Positions 37,980 to 50,012 of a stretch of 64,000 nt of DNA are shown in pieces. Below the pieces are notes generated by a model. The model saw nothing but the letters and a program-made list of their open reading frames with translations. It did not search any database and was not told the DNA's origin. This DNA is from a virus (taxonomy: Duplodnaviria; Caudoviricetes). The stretch's first letter is position 1, and every line of letters starts with the position of its first letter. Where the stretch lies: positions 96,001 to 160,000 of IMG/VR virus record IMGVR_UViG_3300032038_009890. One strand, given 5' to 3'. The translations under genes and the position numbers were made by a program.

Positions 37980-39074
37980 TTACCCCTCAACTGCCGTATC
38001 TGCGGCCTCCGTGGTCTCCGTAGCCTCTGCCGCATCCGTGGTCGCCGCGGTGCATCCGAGATTATGCTCGGCGCAGTAGGTATCAAAGCTCTCTCCCATG
38101 ATCATGATGCGCGCAGTGGTAAGATCCCTCTTGATGGACCCGGAAGAACAGGCCTTAGCATAGCCATCCCCCGGCTTCCTATCCTTCGTGAACACATCAA
38201 ACCACGCGCCAAATTCCTCGGGAGACACACCCATCCAGATGGCCTTTTTGGCAGTTACCATCACAATGGGGATGTTGATTTTCTTCAGGTTCTTATGCCT
38301 TTTAGTAAAAGCCTTGCCGAGATAGTCCACAATACTCTCCAGAGTCTTGGTGTTCTCCTCGCCGTAACCATCCCGCAGAGACGTAGCATAGTCAAACATA
38401 TCTGCCTCAGAGATAGTCTTGTACTTATAGTCGTTCAGCAAGGCCATGCCCTGGATAAGGGCAAGCTGATCAGCACTCCTGCGGTACTGGAGCGGAGAGA
38501 AGGAGCAGTACTCAGCAAAAAAAGGCTTTGCCAGAAGCCTACTAATAAGCTCCGCGGTCTCCCTGCCCATCTTTGCTTTGCTCCTCTGATTCTTGGTCAG
38601 AGCTACGCCATTGTTGAGGCGAAAGAACATCTCCTCGATTTCCTCGTCAGTAAAATCCTCCAGATTGATGCAGGAAAAGCTATATCTCTTAATAGCCTCC
38701 TGCACATCCACAGGGAGATCACAAAAATACTTCCCGGCAAGCTCAATTTCCTGCTTGCGGAACGTGATGGGCGGAACATCGTCCCCCAGAGGAAACTCCC
38801 CGTTGATGTAGCCGATCACTACGGTGATACGCTGTAATCCGTCAACAATCTCCATGCGATACAGCACCCTGCCATTTTCCTGCCCCAGAAGGGCCTTGGA
38901 GAAATAGAGGTACGGAATAACATAACCACACAGCATGGAGTGGATGAGCAAGCCCTTGCTATCCTCAGACCACTGGTCACTCCTACGCTGAAGGTAGCTC
39001 TCCTCCACAAGAGTGCCATCCTCGAGCATATCCATGATCTCAATGGTCGTAAATGAAACAACATTAATCTTCAT
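37980..39074 (-). CDS. DUF262 (ParB-like, GmrSD N-terminal) protein
   Basis: QR...W, LIHS, IP, VDGLQR, F.RLNNG. Confidence 0.85.
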   Translation of the reverse strand: MKINVVSFTTIEIMDMLEDGTLVEESYLQRRSDQWSEDSKGLLIHSMLCGYVIPYLYFSKALLGQENGRVLYRMEIVDGLQRITVVIGYINGEFPLGDDVPPITFRKQEIELAGKYFCDLPVDVQEAIKRYSFSCINLEDFTDEEIEEMFFRLNNGVALTKNQRSKAKMGRETAELISRLLAKPFFAEYCSFSPLQYRRSADQLALIQGMALLNDYKYKTISEADMFDYATSLRDGYGEENTKTLESIVDYLGKAFTKRHKNLKKINIPIVMVTAKKAIWMGVSPEEFGAWFDVFTKDRKPGDGYAKACSSGSIKRDLTTARIMIMGESFDTYCAEHNLGCTAATTDAAEATETTEAADTAVEG

Positions 39075-40349
39075 CTTTGATATTCCTTTCTGTTAGTTTT
39101 CGTCTAGTCCAAACACAAGGATGCATATTCCTGATAATCCTCAATGAGTCTAGGCATATCATCATCAGTAGCAAGTACAATCTCATCCTCGGCGTACCAA
39201 AAACGCGTGGTATGCATCAGCAGAGTATCCACAATATAGTAATCACCAATCTTATGGATAATCTGTCCAATCTCACCCTGCACGTAAGGCTCGGTCATAC
39301 CCTGCGGATGATCTACAGTAATCCGAACCATATCACCTACACTCATGCGGCAATTACCACCCTCTCCTTGATATAGTCCCTGACAGCACCATATCCTCTG
39401 CTGACTACATCATACGGCACTTTCACGGCATCTCCGCCGGGGATGTACAAATGATAGGAATCTGCATCACACTCGCCGTAGATATAGCGAGGATTCTGCT
39501 CGGAGCGAATCATAACCTGTATCTCACAGCGATCATAGTCAAGCTCGAAGGGCTTCCTTTCGCGCATTAACTCCACAATGTAGGGAGTTACAATCAGAAG
39601 CATATACTGATCACCTCCTCTCCACAGCAATCCCATTTTCCCGCAGGCAGGCTTCCAGAAGATCAGGCGTAAATTCCTCTACTGCCGGGATTTTGACCAC
39701 ATACGCGCCAACATGGTTGATGTAGTAGTCATCCCCTACAAGTACCCCGCTCAGGTAGTCAGATGCCTCGGGGTTGCGCCTGATATGATCCCACGCGTCC
39801 TCGCCCTTGAGGATGCTGATAAGCAGGTGGGGACCAAATTGGCACTCCAGACGCACAAAGTCTTCGCGCTTCTCGATACATTCATAAACGGCATTATCCA
39901 TCGTAAACACTCTTTTCATTTCCGTTTCCTCCTAAGATGCCCTTCTCAGGGCGCTTTGCGTCATTCTCTGCTTCATAGCCTGGGCCTCTTCCAACGTCAA
40001 CCATGCGAGTCTGCCAGTGTCGAGATGCAGAGCCACAATAGCCATCTCAAGCTTCTTTCGCATATCTTTTTCTAAGAGTAATTCCCAGTCCTTAGATGCC
40101 CAGTCAACCTCCGGGGCATACTCGCTACCATACAGGTCAAGGTAGACCATAGAGTGCCACTCCTCATCAGGCCCCTTGAGATATAGCTCGTAAGAGGGGA
40201 TAATTCCATCGTCCTCTACGCAGACATCCAAAACTACCATCGTGGAGCCGATGATGCCCACTGCCATGCCAGGAAGCATTTGAGGGTTCCCTTTCACTTC
40301 CCCAGTAAGTAGCTGACGCACATCCCTGTGCACCAGATTCATAAAATCC

Positions 40350-40673
40350 ATTACGTCTCCTCCTCTTTTAAGTCACGGTTATTGAGCTTAACCTTGACCT
40401 CATAGCCCCCATAGGGACTCTCCTGCACGTAGGCAATGTCTTCCACCCTGCGGACCCATGAGCGCATTTGACCCACCCGAAGGATATGCCACACGCCCCG
40501 TGATAGCGCTTTACATTGTAATTTACGTTATCAGAGATGCCCTTGCCATTGTCAGGTACAAGTGCCCACTGAGTCACACCAGTGTTAACATTCTGACGAG
40601 AGACAAGGATGTAATCCTTGCCCCTCTGAATCATGTCGGGCTCCTCGGTAAAGAGGATAAATACTCGGCGCAT
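40350..40673 (-). pseudogene. Small gene with an apparent 1-nt frameshift near 40456
   Basis: After ...CAHG the alternative frame reads VRRVEDIAYVQESPYGGYEVKVKLNNRDLKEEET* and ends in TAATG overlapping the next start. Confidence 0.45.
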
Positions 40674-43276
40674 ATCAGGCCCTCCCCTCTAAGATGCTGT
40701 TAACCATCTCAATCACCTGCTCCCGCGTCTTAAGCCCTGCGGCGAACGTGTGTTCTTCATTTCCATATGCCACCAGAAACTACTCGGCATAACCGCTGTT
40801 CCACTGGTAGATGTGGATTCCATCAACGAAGAACCCATCACAGCGCCGCTCCCAGTCCTTCGGGAAGCGAGGACGCTTGTAGTCCGCGGGAAGCTGAACG
40901 TCAATAGTCTTTTTGGCCTTGTCGTAGTTCTCTGCGGGGAACTCGGAGTAACTCTTCTTGTAAAGCGAATACGGCATCCTCATTTTGATATTCCTTTCTA
41001 GGCCTCTGCGTGTGCGATGGATTAGTGACGAATCCTCATCTCAAGGTGGCCATCACGGTGAATAGTCGCCTCTCCGGGAGCGTTAACCGGGGAGTTGATA
41101 AACACGGAGAACGTGATTGCCTCCGCCGGGAGATTTCCTTCAAAAGCCCTCATGACCTTATCGAAGATGAAGGAGGAACCGTGATACTCCCCGCCGATTG
41201 TGACAATCCGCCGAGCCAGAACGTCACAAGTCTTCAGGACAGCGCCGATGTTAAGATTGTCCATAATGACCTCCTTATGTGTGGGCTTCGTTGTTTACAT
41301 AGCCCATTATAATTACTTATCGCCTATAAAGCAATGTACAAAACTACCAAAACTTCATAGGCGATTTTGTGCAAGATTAACAAATTAATCCGAAGACCTC
41401 CACGGCATCACATGGCAACCACAGCCACAAAGTTCGTTTCCGTTGCTGTCCTCGAAGCTGTAGTAATCGAGCCAGTACTTCCCGGTACCATGACCAGAAA
41501 GCTTCTGATACTTCCTAGTCTCGTGCGTGACGTAGATGGTTAACTCCTCATCACGGTAACAAACCACCTTACGGTTCGGGGAGCGCCTTGCCTTCTTGAT
41601 CGCCCTGCGCATCAGCCAGACAAGCTCGTGAAAACTGACATACACTTTAAAATTCATAGACATTCCCTTTCTAGCCTCGTAACCTCCGGGGCGTGGTATG
41701 TGTGTTTTATCAGGTATTGTGATACCCTTTTCCGTCCTCGCCTCTTTCCCTAAGAACCATCCTCAGACTTTCAATGCTCAGACACCCAGGAATAGGCTCA
41801 CCGTTTACTGCCATCCAGATATAGTCTTTCAACCAGTTTGTTGTCTTCTTTCTTGCCTCTTTCAATTCCCACTCGTAAACCACTGTTACTCCTTTCTGCC
41901 TTCGTAACCTCCGGGGCGGGGTATCCTCAAATCCGCTGTTCGACCACTGCCTGTAGGATACTATACCATTTAAATCGCTTCCTAGTCCCCTTGTTGTTGT
42001 AGTAGCTTACACCACCTCTTGATCCTATGAAGATGTGGCATCGGCTTCTTGCAAAGATTTCTGCTAGTGTTCCTTCGTCGTTTACCAGTCCATATTCTAT
42101 GACCACCGATAGCGTTCCGGTCCCGATGTCCTTTACTTCCCATGTTTTCATTTCTTCGTTCGGTAAAAAGTCTTTCCTAGTAAGCATCTCCAGTTTTTTT
42201 AGCGCTCGTTCCTGGCTCCTAGTCATGACTGTACCCCCTTATTTAGTTTTCAAAGGTCTGTCCTGTTGACAGGTCTAAGTGTACACCTACATTTAAACCA
42301 TGTCAATAGTTTTTCTCTGCAAATGTTACATCATCATTTGCCTTAGAGAGAAGGGGGCAAAGCCCCTCCTCATCAGTACTTGAAGCCGTAGAAGGTTATC
42401 TCCATAGGCGTAGCCTCATGGACATTGGCCTCAAGCTTCCTACCGCGCTTGTCCACTCCCCACTTCTTCGACAGAGTGAACAGTTCGTCCTCTCCGAAGC
42501 AGTACGGCTCCTCGGTGCCGAAGACCGTGGTGGGGTCAATTCCCTCGTTGATGTAGTATAGCTTCGGCTCATAGGAAGCCATCAGACGGAGAGAGTAGTT
42601 GATTCCTCCCTCCTTGTCGATCAGGCACTCGGCCCAGAGGTTTCCTTTCTCTTCTGCGTCATGCTGGACGAGCTTTGCACTCCATCCATACTGGCGGCAC
42701 AGCCTCTGGACGGCCTCAAAAGCATTGTCCCCCCTTCTCCAGAGGTGCTTACCATCGTACTCAATCTTGTATCTCATAGTAATTTATCCCCTTTCTTTTT
42801 TTAGAAGGGAGGATTACTCCTCCCAATTTTCTACAAACTCAATTACCTGATCTGCCAAGTCCTCGCAGACCTCGCGAAAAGATGCATCCTCAAGAGTCTC
42901 CGTATCATACACCTGATCGCAGGAAGTCATTTCTTCATAGCCTTCGATGTTTCTTCTGGCCACAAAACACGCATCTTCACCGTCGGCGGAGCAAAGGAAG
43001 TGATAGCTGTCCTTACCCATCATTAAAACATGAAGATAATAATACGGAGCATCAGCTTCAAATTCACAGGTAGGCCAAGAAGAATTCGCCAAATGGTCAG
43101 CGATTTTCTCAATTAACTGCATCCTCATTCCCTTGGACTTTTTCATATCAATCACCTTTCTCTTATTTAGTTGTCAAAGATCATATCTCATTGCAGATAT
43201 AAGTGTACACCTGTGGCAGAGGAAAGTCAACAGTAAATGTTATTTCTCTTTAACATTAACTTTCCCCTAAACCCGC

Positions 43277-44077
43277 TCAGATCGCGAACCTGCTCACAAC
43301 CCTTCTCCTCGGCGCTGTCTTTTCAATGATTGCCGCGGCTACATCCACCCTCCCGGCATCGTTTGCCATGTCGAGCAGGATTTTCATGTTCGCTTTGGTA
43401 ATCAGGTCCTCATTAACAAGGCGGATAATCGTGGCATCCGAAGTCCTGGAAAAGTAATCCTTTTCCTTTAACTCGTGCCCTGCGAATCTGTGGACATATT
43501 TACGAGATGCCTCACTGCCCTTCCCTGCATCTACCAGACCAAAGTAGGAATCAATCCAGAGCATCGGGTTATACCGTCTCTTATGACGACGCCGATCGGA
43601 AATAGTTATATATGTGTCAGCGAGATACACAAAAGCGCAAAACACATCATGAAATACAGACATAGACGTTCCTTTACGTATGGTAAATACTTCACCATAT
43701 ACATTTATATTTACATCATGACTAATAGCATCCTCATCAGACGCTATCAACATATCCATTAAATCATAAGATGTCAAAGACGCATAATCCAGATTGATGG
43801 TTTCTACGCAAGGGAAGTAGCAATCATGCTCACCCATCTTATAAAATGTGGAAAAGCCCAGAAAGTTCAGTGTTTTCGCTTTAATACCGAGATATACAAT
43901 ATCTTCCAAGCAAACGCCGCTGTGGAAGAAGATTGTCTCCACTCCCTCATACACGCCCTTGATGGAATCATGTCCATCTTTAAAAACGTGCAGTGTGGTC
44001 CCATTCCTCTCAAATCTTGCCATTTCTTTTACCTCCTTATTCAGTTGCCAAGGTTCATCTCTTGTATAAGTGTACAC
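43277..44077 (-). CDS. Hypothetical protein, paralogue A (true start probably MARF, about 44023)
   Basis: Shares the MARF.R.G.TLHV start and SDATIIRL...GRVDV...VVS.FAI end with 44151-44945. Confidence 0.75.
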   Translation of the reverse strand: MYTYTRDEPWQLNKEVKEMARFERNGTTLHVFKDGHDSIKGVYEGVETIFFHSGVCLEDIVYLGIKAKTLNFLGFSTFYKMGEHDCYFPCVETINLDYASLTSYDLMDMLIASDEDAISHDVNINVYGEVFTIRKGTSMSVFHDVFCAFVYLADTYITISDRRRHKRRYNPMLWIDSYFGLVDAGKGSEASRKYVHRFAGHELKEKDYFSRTSDATIIRLVNEDLITKANMKILLDMANDAGRVDVAAAIIEKTAPRRRVVSRFAI

Positions 44078-44150
44078 TCATAAGATTAGGATGTCAACAG
44101 TAAATTAATTTTCCCTTTTACCGCTGACATCCATCTCAAGGCTCTCTTAT

Positions 44151-44945
44151 TCAGATTGCAAACTTGCTGACCACATTTCGCTTCGGAGCGGCCTTCTCCA
44201 GAATCTCCGCGACTACGTCAACCCGCCCGGAATCATTTGCCATACCTAGTAGGCTCAGCATCATTGCCTTGGTAAGCAAGTCCTCCCTGATCAGACGGAT
44301 AATCGTCGCATCAGAAGCTTTGGAGAAGTGCTTCTTTACGGCAGTACCTGCATGTCTGCGGACATATTTCCGGGATTCGTCATCGTCTTTGCCTACATCC
44401 TCCAGAGCAAAGAAGAGATCAATCCAGAAAAGCGGTTCACAGGAATCGTTCTTACGGTTCTCATAAGTCAGAAGTTCACACTGATTATAATAGCCAAAAA
44501 CGACTTGGCTGGCCCAGTTGACAATGCTCTGTGTAGTTCCCTTGGAGAACGTAGCCACGTAGGGAATTTTTCCATTGCGACGCCAACGCCTGACCGTCAA
44601 GTCATTTTCAAGTATAGGATCTTCCTTTCCGTAGTAGTGAAGACCCATCACCAGTCTGATGATATCATCAATACCGGTGACATCATCAATAAGAGAAGGA
44701 TACGAAAACACATCGATACTTTCCACACCATAGAAAACCCTGTCATATAAAGACAGCGAAGTAAAGCAATCCACATTATTGTTAAAATAAAGATGCTTTG
44801 CCTCGATGCCGGGAAATACCACATCCCTCAGGAGAACCCCTTCGTGGAAGTAGATAGAATCCACTCCCTCAAACACGCCGATGTTAGATTCCTTTCCATC
44901 AGCGTAAACATGCAGAGTAACGCCCTCCCTTACGAATCTTGCCAT
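44151..44945 (-). CDS. Hypothetical protein, paralogue B
   Basis: Shares both ends with 43277-44077. Confidence 0.75.
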   Translation of the reverse strand: MARFVREGVTLHVYADGKESNIGVFEGVDSIYFHEGVLLRDVVFPGIEAKHLYFNNNVDCFTSLSLYDRVFYGVESIDVFSYPSLIDDVTGIDDIIRLVMGLHYYGKEDPILENDLTVRRWRRNGKIPYVATFSKGTTQSIVNWASQVVFGYYNQCELLTYENRKNDSCEPLFWIDLFFALEDVGKDDDESRKYVRRHAGTAVKKHFSKASDATIIRLIREDLLTKAMMLSLLGMANDSGRVDVVAEILEKAAPKRNVVSKFAI

Positions 44946-47900
44946 TTCTCTTTCCCTCCCTGTATTCTGTTTTCAAAGGTCATCTCTGTTGCTGACATAA
45001 GTGTATACCTATAGATGTTCTTTGTCAACAATTATTTTTCCTTTTTTCAGAGCGGAGGAGAGCAGAGGATTAATCCTCTGCATCATCCCACTGAGCAAGC
45101 TCCGCCTCAAGGCATCTGCGCTCGTACTCCTCCTCCGTTTCCGTTTCGGGAAGGTCAACAGTGGCCCAATCTTCATACTCATTGACCCAGACAGGGTCTC
45201 CCCAAGGATTAATCGTCAGGACCTCCCTGCCAGTGGCATGGACGAAACCCACACCATCCTCATGCCGATCAAACGGCATAGGACCAACAATCCTCCTGAT
45301 CTCCGTCATAGCTTTATCCTCCCTTAGTCTATCTTCGTGCACAGGGCAACCCGCATCAGGCCTTCCTGCGCATCATTTGCTCTCTCTTCCGCGATCAGAT
45401 CAGCATCTTTATAGCCCCAAGACGATAACTTGTAGGACATCCAAAGCGAAGCCAATTTGGCACAGTCAGTCACGCTCACGACACGATAAGCGTCGTCCTT
45501 CATATAGAGAAAACAACCCTCGAAGAAGTCGTAATGCCAGTCATCGTAGAATATACCATCCTTGGTATACGCCATAATGATATCATAAAGCCCGGTCTCG
45601 TCGAATATCTTCATTTTCGCTTCCCTCCTGTACTAGATTAATGCTTTCATCTGGGAGAGCGACAGCAGTCGCCCTCTCAGTCAAAGCACAATCATATAAA
45701 GTGAATTACCTTGTTTCCGTTGCTGTCTTCCACCCGCACCTTTCTTCCTTGGTTCAGATGATTGATGACAGCAAACGCCTCGTAAAAGGCGGCAAGTTCG
45801 TCGCTATCTTCGCTCCATCCAAGACGCGACAGCCAGTGCGCCTCTCTAGAGGGAACGCCGCCTCGATTCGCTTCCTCATCCTGCATGCAGTGCCTCATGA
45901 ATCCGTAGACGATGTTGTTTTTACTTTCCATTTCCGTTATCCCCTTTCTTAGTACATCCTAGTTAGTTTTCGCTTCGTGCAGGGGATTGCTCCCCTGCAT
46001 TTACCTTCGTCTTACAGATGCCGATTGTAGGTGAATCGGCTGTTGTTTCCCTCCTGTGTTGGTTTTCTCTTACGCATCTAAGTGTACACCTATCTGCGCT
46101 CGATGTCAACAACTTTTTTTGTTAATTTTCTCCTGCCCCGAAGGGCAGGTTTGCCTCCGTGCTTAGATTTTGTGGCAACGCGGGGAGCCTTCGCTTTCTC
46201 CCCGCCGCTCTTGGCCTAATGCCCTCGGCCTGTCGGCCCTGCCAAGACAGTCAGTCCGTAGTTTCAAAATAGTACTGAAGCTCATCATCCTTGAGATGGT
46301 CCATACAGTACTCATCTACCTTCTTCCAGAGGCTGTCGTACAGCCTGGAGAGTGCTTCGTCTCCGGCGTAGTAATGCTCCCAGATTTTGTGGTTAAGGAC
46401 CATCACAAGCTCCGTAAGATACTTGTAGTTCCCTTTCCAGTCCCGGAAGGCTCTGCTGTAGGTATCCCGCACCGCGGACGTTCCAAAGCGATCAGCAATG
46501 GAAAAGTCTTCCCAGAAGGTAGTGATGGGGGTATACCCCGGGATATCAAGCTTAAAATTGATCGTCATAGTAAATAATCCCCTTTCTCTTTGGCCCTGCC
46601 CCGAAGGGATTTCATTTCCCTCCGTACTGTGTTATTTATCGCTTGCAAGGATAAGTGTACACCTATATCTCGTCTTTGTCAACACTTATTTTATCCAACT
46701 TTTACTTCCACCAGAAGGGCTTTTGCCCCTCCGATGGTTTGCCTTCGACTTTCCCTTTGAGCGGGGCATCTAGTTTCAGAGGCTGATTTCCGTTGCTCCG
46801 TCGTACATCTCTAGGGCCTTGATGAGCCTCTTCAGGCGGCCTGTCTCAGAGACCCATGTCTTATAGGCCTCCCTGCTGTCGTGTCTGTCATCCGCACGAC
46901 AGTTGCCGTCCTCGTAGTAGCAGGAGAGCCAGTACTTAGCCTCCTTTTTCATCCATTCGACGGTGACTCTTCCTGCCTCGACTCCGTAGTACCTCGGGTT
47001 CTCGAAGATTTCGCCACCCTTCTCTACCATCAGATGATCGCATCCGATCGCCTCCATGGTCTTGTTAAACCGCTTCACGATCGTGGTAGTATTTGCCTTC
47101 TTCATTTTTTGTTTCCCTCCGTATTTGATTTTCCCTTGCAGGTATAAGTGTACACCTATACAGCAATGGTGTCAATACTTTTCCCTTGTAACTGTTACTT
47201 CTTCCCCCGGCTTTTCCTGCCGGGGGACTGATAAGGCATCAATCGTAGTCACTCTCCTGCCGCGCCAGAATCCTGCCCTCCATGTGGCAAGCCATGTCGC
47301 TCACGTGGACGCGGGGCGTCTTTGAGGCAATCCTGCCGACAGGCTCCCCGTTGATATAGAGAGCGCCGTCATCCACCACAGGGACCATCTCAATGTCGGC
47401 CTGTTTGCCAACGCGCCACGCGGAGACCATCTTGACGATCTCAGAAGGCTCCGCGAGAGCTACATCAACGCCCACCTGCAGCAGAATCTCGGAGTTGATA
47501 AAGTTGATGATCGCCTTCCTTCTCATCGGCATTCCCTTCATGATTGTATTTCTCCTTTCGCTTTCGCTTGTTGTTGACAACCTCCGGGAATTTCTCCCCG
47601 GAACGCTCCCGGCTTAATGCCCTTAGCCATCTCTGGCCCCGCCGGGACGGGTTACTATTTGCCTTTGTATCTGTGACTGATGAGGCTCTCAGTGATTTCA
47701 AAAACGGTTTCCATCTTGTGGTAGATACGCGCCCGGAGGGTTCCATCCTCCAGATCATTTCCATCTTCCCAGAGGCCGCTCGCCATCAGGAAGTTCTCAT
47801 AGTCACTGTAGGTTTCATCCCAGTAGCAGGTGATGATCTCTTCCGCCGTCTCCCGTGCATTTCCCTCGTCGAGGCAGGTGTGGACTTCCTTTGCCATCTT

Positions 47901-50012
47901 TTTAAAGAGGCTCTCAAGCTTCAGCATGTAGGCCTCCGCCATCATCTCCTGCCAGACTTCATACTTCTTCATTTCCGTTCCCTCCAGTGCATGTTAGTTT
48001 TCGCTTACGAATCAGTGATCAGTTCCGTATCCTGCGTCAAGCAGGTTCCCTTCTTCGTCACGGATTTCCATCCGCAGAGGGTCAAAGGGCTTGCTCAGAG
48101 AGCACCAAGTTCCGTAGAAGTAGCACTTCTTCGGGCCATCCTCGGTAACAAGGTAGATGTACTTGACGCTTTCATCCGTGCAGTCCGCCATGTCCATGCG
48201 ATTGAATAGTTCATTCGCGGTGCACAGGGTAGAGAAGTTGCTGAAAGGTTCAGTGATGCAGACTAAATACTTATTCATTTCGCTTTCCTTTCTGGTTACA
48301 GCCAATTACTTTTCGCTTTGTGTACAAGTGTACACCTATATAGGACTTTTGTCAACCCCCTTTTTCTTCTGGTGCGGGGGGAGATTTCTCTCCCCCCATT
48401 TCCCTTACCAGTTGCGAGTCATGAAGGCATTGCCCACAGCCGCAAGAGGCAGGCCGACGCGAAAGTTACGCTTGTAGATCAGGTATAAGCCTGACCCAAA
48501 CATAATCATCCCCGTCGTAATCATTATGTTTTTAAAGTTCATCTTCTCGTTCCCTTCTGTTATTCTTCGCTTGCCCCATCCTAGCAGTTTTTTACTCCCT
48601 TGGCAAGTAGCAGATTGCACAAAAGTTTTGGTTTGCCTTTGCGCAATCTGTACAACCTGTCTCAGTCCATGCCTAGGTCTTCCTCCGGGACTCCCGGCAG
48701 GTTTCCCATGCAGTAGGCCTCCCAGATGCCTTCCACGATTTCTTTGGCATATACTTCGTTATCGACTTCGGCTACCTCCCTGTCAGCAATCCGGTTCAGT
48801 GCCTCAGCGATTTCCTCCCAGTTGATAGGACACTCTGCCCCAAAGCTGTCCACGGTGAAGTATTCTTTCATTTCTATCTCCTTTCTGTTTGCCTTACAGG
48901 CCTAAGTGTACACCTGTATGGCGCCTTTGTCAACGGTAACATTAACTTCTGGCGGCTCCCTCACCTCATAGATGCAGTACACTGAACCGCATCCGCCAGT
49001 GTGGCATATGCGGTGGCACAGGTCTCCATGCGGTGATGACTATTGTCGTTGGTATACACCTTCCAGAGAGGTTTCCCTGCCTGGTACACCCTACAAGCTA
49101 TGTAGGGGTAATCATCTACCTCAAACCTGTATCTACTTTGACCCTCATATAAATTGTAATTCATAATTTCCTCCTATGACTTTTCTCTTGGTTACATCTC
49201 AGTGGGCGAGGGGCTTTTCCCTCCCCCACTCAGTGCAGTCAAGAAATCCGTAATACCTCGGAGAAAGGGATGAACATCTCCCCCCAGAGGAAGCCATCTA
49301 CCTCCTCGCCATCGTCGTTCTCCTGCGTGGTAAAGGGGCATTTCTCTGTTGACTTTACCTCGTCTTGGTCAGTCGTCACAGTGATGACATGGACCTCCTC
49401 CATGTAATCATCTACGTCAACCACCAGAAGCGCCGCGGTATTGCTCAGCACATACACGCCCATTGCATTGATTTTGTTAGTCATCGCTTATTCCTCCTCC
49501 TGTCCTCTCTCCAGAGATTGTTCCTCCGCTCCCTCTCCTCATCCAAGTGGTCTTTGCCCAGAGCCAAAACAAACAGCACTGCGCAAACCAGAGCAATGAT
49601 CAGGGAGCCGTTGCCCTGCTCCGCATCCGCTACAAAGACGGACACAAGGACCACAGGGAGCATGACGGCCGCCGCAATTCCTGCCATAGTTGTCTCATGC
49701 TACTCCACGCGGGGAGAGGACTTTGTGCCCCCTCCCCTGTTGTCACGCCTTTGGCTTGACGGGGATAAATTCGCCCTCGATGATAAACGTCACCTTGTCG
49801 GACTGCTCACCCTCATCGGCCACCCGCCTGAAAAGACCTTCGAAGTTGACGCCCTCGGCCTCCAGGCGGATGTACACAGTACCATCGGCGTTACCGTGGA
49901 TGTGTAGCATGATGCACCTCCTCTCGTGTTGGATTTTGTGGGATGTGCCCACATCGCAGAGAGCAAGGCGCGTAGCCTTCCTCCCTGCATCTAGGTACAT
50001 CCTAGCAGATAG

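Larger units (their letters stand above)
36100..48933 (-). promoter_or_regulatory. Family of ten promoters TTGAC(A/T)-N17-TACACT with a palindromic AGGTGTACACTT over the -10
   Basis: Copies at 36100-36128, 42278-42306, 43202-43230, 44069-44097, 45000-45028, 46081-46109, 46654-46682, 47147-47175, 48327-48355, 48905-48933. Confidence 0.88.
39104..50000 (-). other. Array of about 25 small hypothetical genes, likely early / host-takeover region
   Basis: ORFs with RBSs at 39104-39346, 39343-39636, 39611-39919, 39932-40351, 40780-40983, 41022-41264, 41385-41663, 41927-42226, 42373-42777, 42814-43155, 45070-45342, 45324-45614, 45692-45931, 46251-46568, 46776-47105, 47239-47541, 47655-47972, 48012-48305, 48662-48871, 48961-49164, 49239-49484, 49481-49687, 49743-50000; many preceded by the promoter family. 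Confidence 0.7.

Noticed and set aside
38064-38837. 257-aa plus-strand ORF, and similar antisense ORFs throughout the track
   Set aside because: Lies antisense to a motif-bearing gene (DUF262); no RBS or motifs of its own.
36100-48933. GTGTACAC repeats as integron-like attC or transposon ends
   Set aside because: Every copy has a TTGAC -35 at exactly 17 nt and precedes an RBS, which a promoter explains more simply.
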